This document shows positions 14,945-23,789 of a DNA stretch of 32,000 bases, piece by piece. The notes beneath the pieces were generated by a model. It was given only the letters and a program-made list of their open reading frames with translations. It searched no databases and was not told the origin of the DNA. The position numbers and the translations under genes are program-made. Origin of the DNA: Promethearchaeota archaeon (GTDB lineage: Archaea > Asgardarchaeota > Thorarchaeia > Thorarchaeales > Thorarchaeaceae); contig JALVPN010000144.1 in the NCBI GenBank assembly GCA_027031765.1, positions 43,724 through 75,723 on the forward strand, written 5' to 3'. The stretch's first letter is position 1. Every line of letters begins with the position of its first letter.

Positions 14945-17900
14945 TTGGTCTACATTGAGAAGATTGTGGTCAAAGGGTTCAAGTCGTTTGGTCGCGAAAC
15001 GGTGACCATCAGGCTGAGCCCGGGATTCACATGTGTTGTTGGACCTAACGGCTCCGGCAAGTCCAATGTGATTGATGCGATACTGTTCGTCTTGGGGCAA
15101 CTCAGTGCAAAGACGCTGCGTGCTACTGTGTTCTCGGACCTGCTCTATAAGCCACCAAAACCAGGTATGCCACCGGGCGCAAGGAAGGCGGTCGTGGAAC
15201 TGCACTTCAACAACCAGGACCGCAAGCTGAAGGTCGATGCAGACAAGGTGGTCATTGCAAGAGAACTGGACGAGTCGGGCAAGTCGGTCTGCAGGGTTAA
15301 CGGCAAGGTCGTTACAAGGGCGACTGTACTGGATGTGCTAGGGAGCATAGGTGTCGACCCAAACGGGTACAACCTTGTGCTGCAGGGTGAGATAGCACAG
15401 ATGGTGAAGGTGAGCCCGAACGACCGTCGCAAGTTGATTGAAGAGATTGCTGGAATCTCGGCGTACGACGAACAGAAAGAACGTGCCCTGAAGAAGCTAG
15501 CGGAAAGCGAGGCTAATCTTGGCAAGGTGGAGGCACAGCTGCAAGAACGGCGCCGACAGCTCGAACGACTCGAGCTGGAGAGAGAGGATGCGCTCAAATA
15601 TACCGAGATCCAGTCGAGGATGCAACAGATACGGGTTGACAGGCTGGCGTGGACCATCCTCAAGGCGCAGAGTAGGACTAGAACCATAAAGGAGAACCTC
15701 GTTGAGCGTGCGGAGAGGGCCAGACAGCTGGAGGAGAGGGTCAGGGAAGTCGAGAAGGCCATAGACACCGCCGAAACAGAAATTGAAGAGATTGACCGGG
15801 CCATTGACCAGATCACAGGCAGCGAGTCTGCACGGGTGTCAGAACAACTGGGAAAGGCCTCAGCAGCACTCGAACATGTGAGAAGAGAGTTTGAGGGGCG
15901 AGCCAAGGAGCTTGAGGGCAAGAGGGCACTGCTCACCGTGACGCAGGAACAGATTGCCGGCTTGGGTCGCGAGATTGAGGAGGCCACCCGACAGATTGAG
16001 GAGAAGGAGAACAGGCTCAAAGAGGTGGTCGCCGAGGTCGAGGGCTGTGAGGACAGTATCCGACGACTTGAGACAGTTTCCGAACGGGAGCAAGCCCAGT
16101 TCCTCGAAACGACACAGAAGCTCCAAGAGCTCAACAGACTGGTCGCTGCGCTTGACGAACAAATCTCAGAAGCCCGTTCCCAAGTCAGGTCGAACAAGAG
16201 GGACATAAGGCTCCTGTACGAGGACATAGAGGACGCCAAGGGCGCCCTTGAGAGGGCCGAGGCCGAGCGTGAGGAACTGGAGAGGACAGTTCCGGAGAAG
16301 CGCCAGGAGTTGGAAGTCCTTGAGCGTGAGGAGGAGGACACCCAGGACCAGCTGGTACGTGTCCGTGAGCAGCTGTCCAGAGTCGGTGCCGAGGTGGCCG
16401 AAACAAGCAAGATTGTCAGCGAGACCCGGGAGGAGCTCGTCAAGATACGTGCCCGGCAGGATGCACTTAGAGAGGCTGAAGAGGCATTTCTGAGGAGGAA
16501 ACGAGCTGTTGCACGAGTGCTACAGCTGAGGGACACGGGAGAAGTGGACGGGATCTATGGCACCGTTGCGGAGCTGGGCAAGATCAATCCAGACTACGCG
16601 GTCGCAATGGAGGTGGCCGGTGGAAACAGGCTCTCTTACATCGTCGTGGAAGACGAAGATGTCGCGACCAAGTGCATAAGAGTCCTGAAACAGGAGCGTG
16701 TTGGTCGTGCGTCATTCATCCCGCTGAACAAGATCAGGACACGCGCGCCCGGAAAGCTGCCCGATGATGACGGTGTGATTGGTTTTGCACTAGACCTCGT
16801 CAGTTTCGACAAGCGACTACAGCCCGCATTCGAGTTCGTCTTCTCGGACACCATTGTTACCGAGGACTTTGAGGCGGCCAAGCGCATCGGCTTCAGGGGC
16901 AACCGTGCGGTCTCGCTGGATGGGGACCTTGTTGAGCGTTCGGGACTGGTCACGGGAGGACACTACCAGAGGCAGACGGCCGGGCTCACACTGCAGATTG
17001 AAGACACAACACCGGAGGTCATCACCCGCCTCGAAGGCCTTGAAAACATACTGGCTGGGCTGCTGCAGAAACAGGAGGAACTAGAAGCAACAAGACAACG
17101 TCTTGAGAAGCAGGCCCAAGACCTGTCGAAGAAGCTGTATGTTGGACGGATGGAACTCGAACGGCTCGAGGAACGGCTTGGAGACCGTCAGACCCGTGTG
17201 TCTATGTTGACCGAGAGAATAGAGGAGAACGGACAACGTGTTGCAGCCCTAGAGAGAGAGACCCACGAACTGGAAGAGGAGATGGACAGGCTAATAGCGG
17301 AGAAGGAACGTATTCAGGAGGAACGGGACGCCTGCAACGAGATACTTGCACGGTCGGATGTTGCAAGGGTCAACCAAGAGATACGCGATTTGAAAGTGGT
17401 GCTTGAACGCAAGGCCCGTGAGAGAGATGAGATAAAGGACGCGTTGTCTAGGCTGAGAACCAGCGTTGAGGAGAGGTTTAGACCGCGTGTCCACGAACTC
17501 CAGAGAAGACTTGATGCCACGGAGAGAGAGATACCAACACTGGAGGCCCAAGTACGTGAGTTGGAGCAGGAACTTAAGGAAAAAGAGGCCCAGTACGAAA
17601 CGCTCAGAAGCGAACATGCCCGGATAGAGGCTTCTGTGAAGGACAGACGTATCCGTCAGGCCGAGTTGAAGAGAAAACTTGCCGACCTGCGACGCGCGCT
17701 CGATGAAACAAAGGACGAGCGGACCCAGAACGACAAGGCGATATACCGGCTGCAGACCGAACAGGCACGTCTGGAGAACGAGCTGGTCGGAGTGGAGGCC
17801 GAACTGGCCAACCTAGCCGATGTCAGAGAGGAACTGGAGAAGAGGCGGTCGATGCGGGAGGTGACATACAGGGAGCTCGACGAGATGACGGAGAAGATCA

Positions 17901-18535
17901 GGGAACTTGAGCGGGAACTCGATGAGATGGGGCCGGTCAACATGAAGTCGCTGACAGACTATGAGGCTGAACGTGAGAGGTACGAGGAGATTGTTGACAG
18001 GAAGGTCAAACTGGAGGAGGAACACAAGGAAATCCTGCGGTTCATGGAGGAGCTGGAGGCTGAGAAGACGCGGAAGTTCCTCAGGGTGTATAATGAGATA
18101 GCGGACAACTTCTCAAGGGTGTTTGCCAAGCTCTCACCGGGTGGAGAAGCACATCTGATGCTTGAGAACCCTGAGCACCCGCTCATGGGGGGGATAATTG
18201 TAAAGTCAAAGCCGCAGGGCAAGGATGTCGTCACGCTGGATGCCATGAGCGGTGGGGAGAAGACGCTCACAGGGCTGGCCCTGATATTTGCAGTGCAGAT
18301 GTACAGCCCCGCAAGCTTCTACGTCTTTGATGAGATTGATGCAGCCCTTGATGATGTAAACGCACACAATGTTGCGACTCTCATCTCAGAGATGTCGAAG
18401 TCATCGCAGTTCATTGTGGTATCCCTGAGGGAGGCCACCGTTAGCAAGGCAGACCTGTTAATCGGAGTTTCGAACCAAGACGGTATCTCACGGATCGTTT
18501 CGGTCGACCTGGAGGGGGTGACGAGCACTGCATGA
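14945..18535 (+). CDS. smc: Chromosome segregation protein SMC
   Basis: Walker A GPNGSGKSN; long coiled coils; hinge GIYGTVAEL...GRASFIPLNKI...SGLVTGG; signature MSGGEK; Walker B VFDEID. Confidence 0.97.
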   Translation: MVYIEKIVVKGFKSFGRETVTIRLSPGFTCVVGPNGSGKSNVIDAILFVLGQLSAKTLRATVFSDLLYKPPKPGMPPGARKAVVELHFNNQDRKLKVDADKVVIARELDESGKSVCRVNGKVVTRATVLDVLGSIGVDPNGYNLVLQGEIAQMVKVSPNDRRKLIEEIAGISAYDEQKERALKKLAESEANLGKVEAQLQERRRQLERLELEREDALKYTEIQSRMQQIRVDRLAWTILKAQSRTRTIKENLVERAERARQLEERVREVEKAIDTAETEIEEIDRAIDQITGSESARVSEQLGKASAALEHVRREFEGRAKELEGKRALLTVTQEQIAGLGREIEEATRQIEEKENRLKEVVAEVEGCEDSIRRLETVSEREQAQFLETTQKLQELNRLVAALDEQISEARSQVRSNKRDIRLLYEDIEDAKGALERAEAEREELERTVPEKRQELEVLEREEEDTQDQLVRVREQLSRVGAEVAETSKIVSETREELVKIRARQDALREAEEAFLRRKRAVARVLQLRDTGEVDGIYGTVAELGKINPDYAVAMEVAGGNRLSYIVVEDEDVATKCIRVLKQERVGRASFIPLNKIRTRAPGKLPDDDGVIGFALDLVSFDKRLQPAFEFVFSDTIVTEDFEAAKRIGFRGNRAVSLDGDLVERSGLVTGGHYQRQTAGLTLQIEDTTPEVITRLEGLENILAGLLQKQEELEATRQRLEKQAQDLSKKLYVGRMELERLEERLGDRQTRVSMLTERIEENGQRVAALERETHELEEEMDRLIAEKERIQEERDACNEILARSDVARVNQEIRDLKVVLERKARERDEIKDALSRLRTSVEERFRPRVHELQRRLDATEREIPTLEAQVRELEQELKEKEAQYETLRSEHARIEASVKDRRIRQAELKRKLADLRRALDETKDERTQNDKAIYRLQTEQARLENELVGVEAELANLADVREELEKRRSMREVTYRELDEMTEKIRELERELDEMGPVNMKSLTDYEAERERYEEIVDRKVKLEEEHKEILRFMEELEAEKTRKFLRVYNEIADNFSRVFAKLSPGGEAHLMLENPEHPLMGGIIVKSKPQGKDVVTLDAMSGGEKTLTGLALIFAVQMYSPASFYVFDEIDAALDDVNAHNVATLISEMSKSSQFIVVSLREATVSKADLLIGVSNQDGISRIVSVDLEGVTSTA

Positions 18536-19245
18536 GTGATGACAACACCCCCTTCTGGGCCACGCCCCCGTATATACTGTTGACCGACGTGCTCCAACTT
18601 GACAAGGTCGACCCCTGGAACGTCGATGTCGGAAAGCTTGTGAGGGAGTTCCTTGAGGAGATGAAACGACTTGGTGACATCGATTTCAGGGTCTCTGGCA
18701 GTGCGTTGTACTCTGCATCAGTCATATTCATGCGCAAGACACGGGATCTCGTGAAGATGGGGGTGCTACCACCGGAGGAGGACGAGGAGGAGGAGCTCGA
18801 AATCCCACTGATTAGACCCCCGTTCAGACTCACGAACCGGCGTGTGACCATTGAGGAACTGCTCGTCGCGATGGACAGAGTCCTCTCCCGAGGCATCAGA
18901 GGACGGCCGTCACCTAGCAGACGGAAGAGGGGCTCACAGGTGGCACCCCCGACCTTGAAGATGGAGGTAAGCGAAACAAATGTGGAGGAAACAATAGCAG
19001 AAGTGTATGCAGACCTCCGGCAGATGATGGGAGTTGGCAGTACCTGTCGATTTGAAGACCTGCTCGTCAACAACACCAGACGTGAGATTGTACGTGTGTT
19101 CTTCTCCCTGCTGTACTTGTATGCAAGGGGGTACATTGACCTGTGGATGGACGAGGAGCAGACAATCTGGGTCAGGCTTCTCGCACCGCCAGTCAGCGGA
19201 CACGAACAGCTCGCACAGGTCGAACAACAACACGGGCCCAGGTGA
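18532..19245 (+). CDS. scpA: Segregation/condensation protein A (kleisin)
   Basis: DKVDPWNVDV, IDFRVSG..L..AS, C-terminal IVRVFFSLLYL...GYIDL; overlaps the smc stop codon (ATGA). Confidence 0.9.
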   Translation: MSDDNTPFWATPPYILLTDVLQLDKVDPWNVDVGKLVREFLEEMKRLGDIDFRVSGSALYSASVIFMRKTRDLVKMGVLPPEEDEEEELEIPLIRPPFRLTNRRVTIEELLVAMDRVLSRGIRGRPSPSRRKRGSQVAPPTLKMEVSETNVEETIAEVYADLRQMMGVGSTCRFEDLLVNNTRREIVRVFFSLLYLYARGYIDLWMDEEQTIWVRLLAPPVSGHEQLAQVEQQHGPR

Positions 19246-19248
19246 GGA

Positions 19249-19791
19249 TTGTTGGACGAGGACATGGTGACACTTGAGGCTGCACTGTATGTCACCGGTC
19301 GGCCGATGGCCTTGGAGGAACTCGCATCGCTCATTGGGAAGGCCGAGTCCACGACCAGGAAGCTGCTTGAAGAGCTCGCATTCGAGTATGACAGGCGTGG
19401 CGGGGCTCTCGAGGTAGTTGCACTCCCGCGTGACCGCTACGTACTGCAACTGAAGCCAGAACTGACGCCCCGTGTTGGAAAGCTGATCCCAGGTGGCCTG
19501 CTGTCATTTGCGACGCTGCAGACCCTCGTGTACATTGCGCTGAAGCAGCCAATCCTTCAGTCAGAACTTGTGTTGCAACGTGGGACACAGGCATACGAAC
19601 ATGTGAGAGAACTTGTAGACAAGAAGTTCGTACAGGCGACTCCCGAGCGGCGCACCCAACGGCAGGAAACAACACCACTGTTTGCAGACTACTTTGGGTT
19701 TGACCACGACAAGGTGAAGATGAAAGCACAGCTGCGACATAGGATGAGGAAAATCCTTGAGGAGCAACGACTGGCAGAACAGAACTCCTAA
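19249..19791 (+). CDS. scpB: Segregation/condensation protein B (KITE)
   Basis: LEAALYVTGRPM, tandem wHTH, TL..IA.KQPI, TT..F..YFG; follows scpA. Confidence 0.92.
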   Translation: MLDEDMVTLEAALYVTGRPMALEELASLIGKAESTTRKLLEELAFEYDRRGGALEVVALPRDRYVLQLKPELTPRVGKLIPGGLLSFATLQTLVYIALKQPILQSELVLQRGTQAYEHVRELVDKKFVQATPERRTQRQETTPLFADYFGFDHDKVKMKAQLRHRMRKILEEQRLAEQNS

Positions 19792-20804
19792 CACACACGG
19801 GGGACAGGCTCACCATAGGGGACTTGGATGAGCTTCCGACCACCAATGGCAGTCTTCATGGTGACACGTGGTGGGCCCTGACGGATAGTGCCTACTACAC
19901 AGGCGTTTCTCGTAGTACTGTGCTCTGCGAGTGCCTCAAGTATGGCATCTGTCCTCTCATGGTCGACTGCCATCACGGCAACCCCCTCACAGCTCATCTC
20001 GAACGGGTTCAGACCAAGGATTTCACACAGTGAGTAGACCTCAGGTCTGACTGGCACCTTGTCCTCTACGAGCTCGATTTCCACATGCGACTTGTAGGCA
20101 ATCTCGTTCAGCGCAACTGCAGTGCCCCCACGGGTCGGGTCTTTCATCGCATGGACACCACCGACATCCAGGCAGTCTTTGATGGGATGCCAGAGGGGGG
20201 CAACATCGCTTGTGAGGGACGTTGAGAACTCAAGCCCCTCACGGTGGGCAAGCAGTGTGGTGCCATGGCTCCCAATGGGGCCGGTCACTATGAGGTCGTC
20301 ACCAATACAGGCCCCGCTATCGGTGACGGGTGCGTCGAGATAAAGACGACCAATCCCGGTGGTAGACATGATGAGGCCGTCAATAGTGCCGGGTGGCATG
20401 ACCTTTGTATCGCCGGCAATCATGGCCACATCTAGACTCTCAAGGACACTGTTCAGCGACTCCAAGATGCGACGCAGGGTGTCAATCTCAAAGCCCTCCT
20501 CCACCACGATTGTGTTGGTCATGGCGATGGGCTCAGCACCCATGACTGCAAGGTCGTTGATGGTGCCACAGGCGGTCAGGGTACCGAGGTCGCCACCCGG
20601 AAAGAAGAGGGGCTGCACGGTATGAGCGTCGGTACAGACCACCAAGTGACCTGAAGGGGGGACTGGGAGTGTGGCGCCGTCATCCATCTCATCAAGACCG
20701 ACCCGGCCCAAGGACCGCTTCGAGAAGGAGGGGATGACCACCTGTTCGAGTAGACGCTGCATCAGCTTGCCGCCACCACCATGTGCGGCCTCAATCCGGT
20801 CCAT
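19788..20804 (-). CDS. hypE: Hydrogenase maturation carbamoyl dehydratase HypE
   Basis: AHGGGG, DDGA, TD.HTV.PLFFPGGDLG, MKDPTRGG, C-terminal PRVC. Confidence 0.96.
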   Translation of the reverse strand: MDRIEAAHGGGGKLMQRLLEQVVIPSFSKRSLGRVGLDEMDDGATLPVPPSGHLVVCTDAHTVQPLFFPGGDLGTLTACGTINDLAVMGAEPIAMTNTIVVEEGFEIDTLRRILESLNSVLESLDVAMIAGDTKVMPPGTIDGLIMSTTGIGRLYLDAPVTDSGACIGDDLIVTGPIGSHGTTLLAHREGLEFSTSLTSDVAPLWHPIKDCLDVGGVHAMKDPTRGGTAVALNEIAYKSHVEIELVEDKVPVRPEVYSLCEILGLNPFEMSCEGVAVMAVDHERTDAILEALAEHSTTRNACVVGTIRQGPPRVTMKTAIGGRKLIQVPYGEPVPRVC

Positions 20805-21077
20805 ATGACATATCTCCGAAGAGCACTATATGCTATCATCACCTCACGACCACTAGGGAGTATATGAAGTGGACGATAGGGTGGCAGACAACAGGGCTGC
20901 GGGCATCAGTCCGACAACAGTTCTGCCGGGCATGCGACCATGACCTGACGGGCTGTTGTGTACATGGTGTGACTCAGCGGTGCCCGGTACAGTTGGCCTA
21001 GCGTGCACTATTCTATTACATAATGCTTAAAACCACAGTACAGTGGTCGACATTGACTGAAAGATGAGGTCATAGAG

Positions 21078-21455
21078 ATGGGTGTATGGCACAGGAGATC
21101 TCGCCGGTCACCAACTGGGGCAAAACGAAAGCCCTTCCGGAGCAAGAGAAAGTTCGAGATGGGACGTGTGCCCACTGAAACCCTTGTTGGCGAGCCCAAG
21201 CTGTTGAGGGTTGACAGTAAGGGCACACGGAAGAAGACGCCGGCGCTGAGGCTCAACATGGTGAATGTGACAGACCCGAAGAAGAACGTGACCTACCGGG
21301 CGGAAATCCTTGACGTTGAAGAGAACAAGGCGAACATGGACTATCAGCGCAGAAAGGTCATTACACGGGGCACCATAATCAAGACATCAAAGGGTAGAGC
21401 GAGAGTCACCAGCAGGCCGGGACAGGACGGCGTGCTAAATGCAGTGCTCATCTAG
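21078..21455 (+). CDS. rps8e: 30S ribosomal protein S8e (eS8)
   Basis: RRSPTGAKRKPFRSKRKFEMGR, VITRGTIIKT..G.ARVTSRPGQDGVLNAVL. Confidence 0.97.
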   Translation: MGVWHRRSRRSPTGAKRKPFRSKRKFEMGRVPTETLVGEPKLLRVDSKGTRKKTPALRLNMVNVTDPKKNVTYRAEILDVEENKANMDYQRRKVITRGTIIKTSKGRARVTSRPGQDGVLNAVLI

Positions 21456-21892
21456 GTGTGGGCCTGTCCGCCGCACTGGGCTGGCTCTGTGGGGCATATC
21501 TGGTCGTCCGGCCCCTCCATCTCGACCTCTATGTTGGTCACAATAAACTCCTTGCCACCTACAATCACAGTGGCACTGCTGCCGCAACTCGGGCACTGCA
21601 TTGGCGCAAACATGGCAATCTCTGGTGATAGACCACCAGGTGTCTGTGCGACACCTTCGTAGCCGCACTCCTGACACTGGATACGACCATGGACGATATC
21701 AATGTTCAGCGTGGCGCCCTCCAGCAGGGTGCCCTTCGATGCAACTTCAAAGTTGAACTCCAGTTGTTCTGGTATTAGGAATGTGAACTCGCCCACCTGT
21801 ACATTTACGGCAACGACACGTCGCACGTTGTGCTGTGTTGCAGTTTCCAGTGCGGCCTCCACAATCGAACACGCAGCCGAGAACTCGTGCAT
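21452..21892 (-). CDS. hypA: Hydrogenase nickel insertion protein HypA
   Basis: Start re-picked to ATG 21892 (MHE nickel motif); CQEC and CPSC zinc ligands; GGKEF. Confidence 0.94.
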   Translation of the reverse strand: MHEFSAACSIVEAALETATQHNVRRVVAVNVQVGEFTFLIPEQLEFNFEVASKGTLLEGATLNIDIVHGRIQCQECGYEGVAQTPGGLSPEIAMFAPMQCPSCGSSATVIVGGKEFIVTNIEVEMEGPDDQICPTEPAQCGGQAHT

Positions 21893-22129
21893 TGGGTACC
21901 GACCGTGTGACACCGGACGACTGGCATTAAGTGGTTTTTGATACAGGCTGGGCTGGTGCGACCCTTTATATGAACGTGCGGTGTCAATATAACGTGATGG
22001 CCGTGCCGCAACTTGACTGCAAGACGCAAATCGTCGACAACTTGTACGAAGAGCCGACCAAGGACTGGGTGCGAGTGTCTACTGTATCTGTCGCGGAAAC
22101 CGGTGGTACGGAGCAAGCAGGTGAGGCCA

Positions 22130-22528
22130 TTGAGCAGGACGCATGACGAGGAGAGCCAGACGCTGGAGCTCGAAGACCTCCTCAAGGAGCTCGAGAGCGA
22201 CGACGAACAGGTACTGATTGGGGCAATAGACAGACTTGCGATGCTCGACGACCCGCGGGCCACAGAATACCTCATACGATGTTTGAAGGACGGACGCTAC
22301 ATTGTAAGGATATTTGCTGCGGCACAGCTTGGTGAACGGAAGGACGAGGCTGCAATCGAACCCCTCATAGAAACGCTCAGGGATGAGTCCCTGTTTGTCC
22401 GGCAGACAGCAGCGGGTGCACTGGAGAACATAGGAGGGCAGAGGGCACTGGAGGCAGTGCGCAAGGCGGAGGAGGAAGGACGGCTCCTAGACGAGCTGCC
22501 GGAGGGCAAACGCCTCGACCCTGATTGA
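22130..22528 (+). CDS. HEAT/PBS-lyase-like repeat protein
   Basis: Repeats such as VRIFAAAQLGE and VRQTAAGALENIG. TTG 22130 chosen for the SD CAGGTGAGG; the ORF track starts at 22013. Confidence 0.82.
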   Translation: MSRTHDEESQTLELEDLLKELESDDEQVLIGAIDRLAMLDDPRATEYLIRCLKDGRYIVRIFAAAQLGERKDEAAIEPLIETLRDESLFVRQTAAGALENIGGQRALEAVRKAEEEGRLLDELPEGKRLDPD

Positions 22529-22544
22529 AATACAGCGTAGGGCA

Positions 22545-23681
22545 TCAGTCCTCAACTATGTACACGATGTTCTCGCGTCCTTCGCGGAACCGTTTGATGA
22601 GGCCGTGTGCTTCGAGAGCCGTCAGAATCATACTTACGCGGGACTGCGAGAGGCCCAGTCCGGTATACAGCTCCTTCTGGAAGCAGGAACCGCCCCGGTT
22701 GCGGATTGCACCAAGTACTTCCTGTTCATCTTCAGTCAGGCCAACAAGCCGTACTGGTCGGGCCCTCCGTGCAAGTCTAGTGATGCGGGGCCACGAAATG
22801 CCAAGTCCGACCCCCAGAGCGAAACAGATGGCGGCCAGTCCCAAGCTGACCGGCCCTATGACTGGTGCTCCGGGAGTGCCAAGGTTGGGCACCTGATAGC
22901 GGACTATGAAGACGCGTTCCTGACCGGGCTCGAGGACTGGTATCCGCCACTCGAAGACTAGAGACATCCCATCCGTCGAGTTTTCATAGCCACGGGGATA
23001 GACCGGTGACACAGATGTCGGGGACAGAGTGGCCTCCGGAGGGAGCACGACCACAAGCGACAGGTTTTGGACACTGGTTGTCGGACGTACATAGAACAGG
23101 AAGTCTACATGGGAGTGCGTCCCATCGGGGGTGAGTTGTGGCGGCGACTGGAGGTCGTCTGCGGAGAGCTCCAGGTGGACGGAGGCCATACCACCCGGGT
23201 CGATTGGACGGACAAGGTTGAGGAGGACGTCCGTCTGACGCCCAGCCATGACAACATTGGCCTCGGCTGCGGAGTTGTTCACAAGGGCACTCCGGAGGCG
23301 CAGCGACATGGAGTCTATACTGATTGCCACAGACTCCACCGGTTCGGCCCCGTGATTGACAATGCGTGTGTCCACCGCCATTGTACTGTGACCATCGCTC
23401 TGGAGCCAGATACGGATGGTCAAGGGATTGAGCACAAGGGCCTGTCCAGTAGCCTCAGAAGGAACGATACGGACAGACGGTGGTGGGGATGCGACTATGG
23501 AGCGTGTGCGTGCTACTGCCCCCAGATCAGACCATGGGAGGGCCATTTGAGACCCGGGTTGTTGTACACCGCAGGATATGGGATAGAAAGCCCCAGCTGT
23601 TAGTATCTGAGAGAGGAGGAACAGGAACAGGGTGGCAGTGGCTGTGTGGAAAGAGGTATTGGGCCGTAGCACTGTTGTCAC
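22545..23681 (-). CDS. Membrane-anchored protein with extracellular beta-sandwich and C-terminal cytoplasmic winged HTH (COG2512-like)
   Basis: N-terminal hydrophobic signal; beta-rich domain; TM helix (GPVSLGLAAICFALGVGLGI); wHTH LTEDEQEVL..I...GG...QKEL...GLSQSRVSMIL..LE..GLIKR.REGREN.V. Confidence 0.8.
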   Translation of the reverse strand: MTTVLRPNTSFHTATATLFLFLLSQILTAGAFYPISCGVQQPGSQMALPWSDLGAVARTRSIVASPPPSVRIVPSEATGQALVLNPLTIRIWLQSDGHSTMAVDTRIVNHGAEPVESVAISIDSMSLRLRSALVNNSAAEANVVMAGRQTDVLLNLVRPIDPGGMASVHLELSADDLQSPPQLTPDGTHSHVDFLFYVRPTTSVQNLSLVVVLPPEATLSPTSVSPVYPRGYENSTDGMSLVFEWRIPVLEPGQERVFIVRYQVPNLGTPGAPVIGPVSLGLAAICFALGVGLGISWPRITRLARRARPVRLVGLTEDEQEVLGAIRNRGGSCFQKELYTGLGLSQSRVSMILTALEAHGLIKRFREGRENIVYIVED

Positions 23682-23745
23682 CGGAACTGTTCATCTGAGG
23701 AGCAGGACACAGCAGGACAGTTGAGGGATATCACAAAATAAAGGA

Positions 23746-23767
23746 GATGGCGGGTGTTTCCGCCATC
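23746..23767 (-). terminator. Perfect 8-bp hairpin followed by a T-rich tract
   Basis: GATGGCGG-aaacac-CCGCCATC then TCCTTTATTTTG on the minus strand, 22 nt after the stop at 23790. The T-tract may double as the TATA box of the next gene. Confidence 0.55.
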
Positions 23768-23789
23768 ACCGTGCACTAGGCCAGACAGA

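Noticed and set aside
15145-16536. 463-aa antisense ORF inside smc (and similar shadow ORFs elsewhere)
   Set aside because: Ser/Leu-rich mirror of the Glu/Arg coiled-coil codons; a typical antisense artefact in GC-rich DNA.
23701-23719. AGCAGGACA x2 tandem repeat
   Set aside because: Only two short copies with no spacer pattern; not CRISPR-like and probably slippage.
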